A DNA stretch of 64,000 bases from Epithemia pelagica. Lineage: Eukaryota > Protista > Bacillariophyta. The DNA is taken from NCBI GenBank assembly GCA_946965045.2, contig OX337234.1, positions 1,116,001-1,180,000 on the forward strand. Reading direction: 5' to 3'. The translations under genes and the position numbers were made by a program. This document shows, in pieces, positions 60,414 through 64,000 of the stretch (its first letter is position 1; the number at the start of each line of letters is the position of its first letter). The notes under the pieces are model-generated. The model saw only the letters and a program-made list of their open reading frames with translations. It was not told where the DNA came from and did not search any database.

Positions 60414-63400
60414 CAGGGTGTGGAAGTCATAAGGCCAAGACTTCCAAAATTCCAACTTTTTCCAACTTTTTTCCTCGAATTTCCCAAGTTAAGTCATATT
60501 ATAGGTTTTTTCCTTACCAACTTATTTGTCAAAGTCTAATTGATGCTTTTCTTCTTCCAACTTGACTAGGATTGATCCAACTTACACAATTACTAGCCCG
60601 AGACAAACTCTCATTATTTCCCACTACTACAATTCTGAAAGTTGTAACTTTCCCCTTGAAGTTAAGTCAAGTTCATTCCGTTCTAGTAGTGACTTGAAGT
60701 CATAAGTTTAATCGAAAGTCACAACACAACGACTAATATCATAAAGTCAAGTTGTAACCTCTCTACATAGTAACTAGTAACTTGCAACTTGCAATCTCCC
60801 AACTCCCAACTCCTTGATTCTATACTCAGTTTTCTCTCGTACAATAAGACTGACATATACCACTTACCATTCTTACTACTTACTACACCCAAACCCAACA
60901 CACAACGACGCACCTCTTTCTGGATGAAGCACATGAATTAGAGACTGCAGTTTGCCATCAATTGAACAACCCTTTCCTGGTGATAGCACATGTCTTTATT
61001 TCCTGTGCTGGATATCGAAGTTGATCCTAATTCACCTTCACTCTCCAGTCTTTCAACGCTTACCCACGCCATGGGCCCCCCAGGGAACAACCAACAAACC
61101 ACTCCATCGAATGAAACTCCCCCATCCTCCCAAGATGCTCAAGCAAGCAACCACCAAGACCCGAGTCCAACAGCAACCAATGATAACCAAAATAACTTAC
61201 CTGCAGGGACAACAGGATCCACTAATGGAACAGAAGCACAAGGTGGTGCTGTTGAATCTCAAGCCGACAATGCAGGGGACAATGCAGAGGAAGGAAAAGT
61301 CTTTTGTTTCTTTCACCCACCCACCCAAAAGATTCTTTTGCAATTTCCAGGGCAGCTATTTTGGGAAAGTTAGATATTTGAACTTCAAGAAGATGACTGA
61401 AACCAGGAAGACGGTTAAGGCAGATAAAACGATTGATCTTGACCGGATGCCTGGTCTATTCAGTTGTTTCCAAACGCTCGACTCAGCTTCCAAAATAGAT
61501 CAGGATGACAACGAACATTACCCAAGCATTGTGAAGAAACTGGTTGTTTGCCCATACTGCTTCCAGAACCCACAGAAAGAGCTCGAAAAGTGTCTTCTTG
61601 GTCTTGGCCAAAATTCCTCCTCGAACATCGGACAACACATGTCAAGATATCACAAGGAAGCACTCGAAGACTCAGCTTCCGTTGCCACCGACCCTACCCA
61701 GCAAACGATGTCATCGTTCACCGGTTCTATGGTGAGCAAGACAGATGCAAAGGTATTGTTTCATCAATCAATCTACCAGTTCGTAAATGATTGTGGGTTT
61801 CCTGCTTCGACGGTAGAGCGAGAATCTTTCAGGGATCTTCTCAAGTGTGCAATCGCCAATGCACCGAAATTAAAAGAAAAGGACTGTGTCATTAGCAACA
61901 AAGCTATCACCAAGATGAGATTACAGTCCTACAACGAATTCATCAAGATCGTCACTGAGCTTGGAGATAACGTCTGACAGGCCTACCACAATCTGTGCAA
62001 CAAACCAATTGCTTTTTGCACCGTGACACATGATATTTGGCAAGGGAACGACAAGGACGTATTGGGAGTTAGTCTAATCTTCACTGACCCCAGGAACTGT
62101 GAGATATACCGTCTTCCTGTTGGTTTATGTTCGACCAAGGGGCATTCTGCTGCTCAAGTGGCCGAGCACACAAAAGACATTCTCAATGCAGCTGGATTCA
62201 CTCAAGCGGATCTGTCGTTGTCGGTCAACGACAACACCAATTCGGCCGTACTTGCTGGAAAGTACATCCTGGGAAATAACACCGGCGGAAAGTGCGACAT
62301 GCACCGTGCGGAGTTAATTTTGAAGCACGCAACCGGTTTGGCCGTGAGGAAGAAAAAAGGCGAGGTAGTAGACAGCAACCCCAAGTTTATGAATATATAC
62401 CAGAAGTTCTTCAAGTTTGCTGCGTGGCTAATGAGTTCCAGGGCAAAACGATGGGATAATCTTCGTGCATGGGCAAAAAAAAATGGGAGGGTGCTGATTG
62501 CCATCCCAATGCCAAACATGACCCGGGTTGGAGGCTGCATGATAATGTTCCATGGCCTCATACGAAACAAATTCGTCATGGATGCATATGTAAACGATAC
62601 ATTTGACAACAAGGATCAACAGTTTATTGATCGATACCCTACAGAAGAAGAATGGCAAGCTCTGTCTGAAATTGAGGGTTTTCTTTCACCTCTCAAAGCT
62701 GTATCAATGACGTTGCAAGTGGACAATCCATCAGCCTCTGCTGGATCCCTCCTTGAAATTTTCAGCAGCAAACACTTCTTGGACACTATGAAAACTATGG
62801 GCGTCCCTGTTTTGAAGTTGACTGGCAATTCTGTTCGTCCATGGGATGCCAAATTAACCATTGAGAAACTCAAAAAAAGCAAACCGTACAGGGGTATTTT
62901 GAAATACCAGGAGCTGACAGAGACAAGCCGATTATTGATTGATTGTGTCCTAGCAGAATATGGAAACTACATGGAAGAAGGGAACGACGAGCATGCAGAA
63001 CATGCCATGTGTGGGCATCCTTTCTTGGCATCCTACGGTCCAAATATCCTGAAGTCGATCAAAGTATATGACGAGGAGTCTATTAAGCGCGTGAGGAAAC
63101 AATTTGTAACAGACGTAGCCAACAAATTCGCAGAACCGAAGCCCCCACCAACAACAGCAACGTCAAACCAAACAGATGCCACCCAACAACAAGACGACAC
63201 GGTGGTCACCGACGATCTTCCAATAGAGGCAGATACAGAACCCGAGGTCCCTGACGCAGTAACAGATGTTATGGATTGTTTTAACATATTCAAGACGCAT
63301 CGGCAAACAAGGGAACAAGAAGATGCTGCGCTCCTAGCAGGAACAGGAGGGACGGATGGGACGGCAGTGGCAGGTCAACAGGCAACACAGCAACGAGCAA

Positions 63401-64000
63401 TGCATTTCAAAAAATGCGATGAACAGTTTGGACGATACCTGGAGTTCTGTGATACTGTTGTGCATAATTCCTGGGCAAATTTGATTAACGAATATCCTAC
63501 AGAGGCATTCCAAAAATTCTCTAAATCTTGGAGCGATCAAGACAAGGCTCAATTCCAATGTGCATGTAGAGAGAACCACTTTCATGCAGTTGGCAAATAC
63601 TTCGATGTCCTGAAATGGTGGTCGACTAACAGAAGCCTGTTTCCTAAGTTGTTCCCAAGTGCACTGGTATGGATCTCAAAACCTGCCACCAACGCATTTC
63701 AAGAAAGAGTCTTTTCTCGTTCCACGTTTATGGACCGCAATCCATTAATGCGTCGGCAACTAGATAAGAACTTTGAGATGCGTACGATGGAAAGTATCAC
63801 ACGGAAAGTGCGTTCGGAGATACTTGAGAACGAGAAAAGTCTCGCGTCGTTCCCAAAAGGGGACAGTAAGCAGAAGTTGGACAAGACAGCAACAGCAAAA
63901 TCAGTTGGTAACTCTTCCTCGTCCCCAGTGGTCATTGACGATAGTTCTGAGAGACAAGCCGAAACGACAACGACGACAATAACACAAGGACAGTCACAGT
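60414..64000 (+). mobile_element. hAT-superfamily DNA transposon (left end and transposase), extends beyond the window
   Basis: Starts CAGGGTGTGGAAGTC with CCAACTT subterminal repeats. BED-like CPYC..HMSRYH, HDIW, VNDN, CDMH, WW..FP and QERVFS motifs. Stop at 61975-61977 and a probable frameshift near 61330; 61978-64000 is open. Confidence 0.88.

Overview
Eukaryotic genomic DNA with GT-AG introns. HSP70 starting [13 protein letters not shown], bipartite plastid-type leaders and CoDi-like Copia elements point to a diatom, probably pennate (inference). Housekeeping genes: HSP70, PEX19, ARL1, two TKL-type kinases, an NAD(P)-binding plastid protein, an NnrU-like protein, a METTL21-like methyltransferase and an ankyrin protein. 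These are interleaved with transposons: a full-length recent Copia (14805-24568, 721-bp LTRs, GCTTG TSD, non-canonical AG..GT ends) nested in a long-TIR foldback element, an LTR-less Copia, two TA-flanked MITEs, and a hAT transposon running off the right end. The most notable content is four Crinkler/CR-type nuclease/kinase genes: REase, SAM+HNH, REase+kinase pseudogene and NTPase+REase. Two of them share an identical 87-nt stretch covering most of an intron, between unrelated exons, which suggests intron-mediated shuffling of toxin modules. Three abut truncated host genes. Also present: a DM13x3-DOMON-cupredoxin-DOMON-cytochrome b561 giant, a sulfotransferase with a recent 909-bp internal duplication, and decaying zinc-finger alpha-kinases. 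All domain calls come from motif recognition by eye; no database searches were run.
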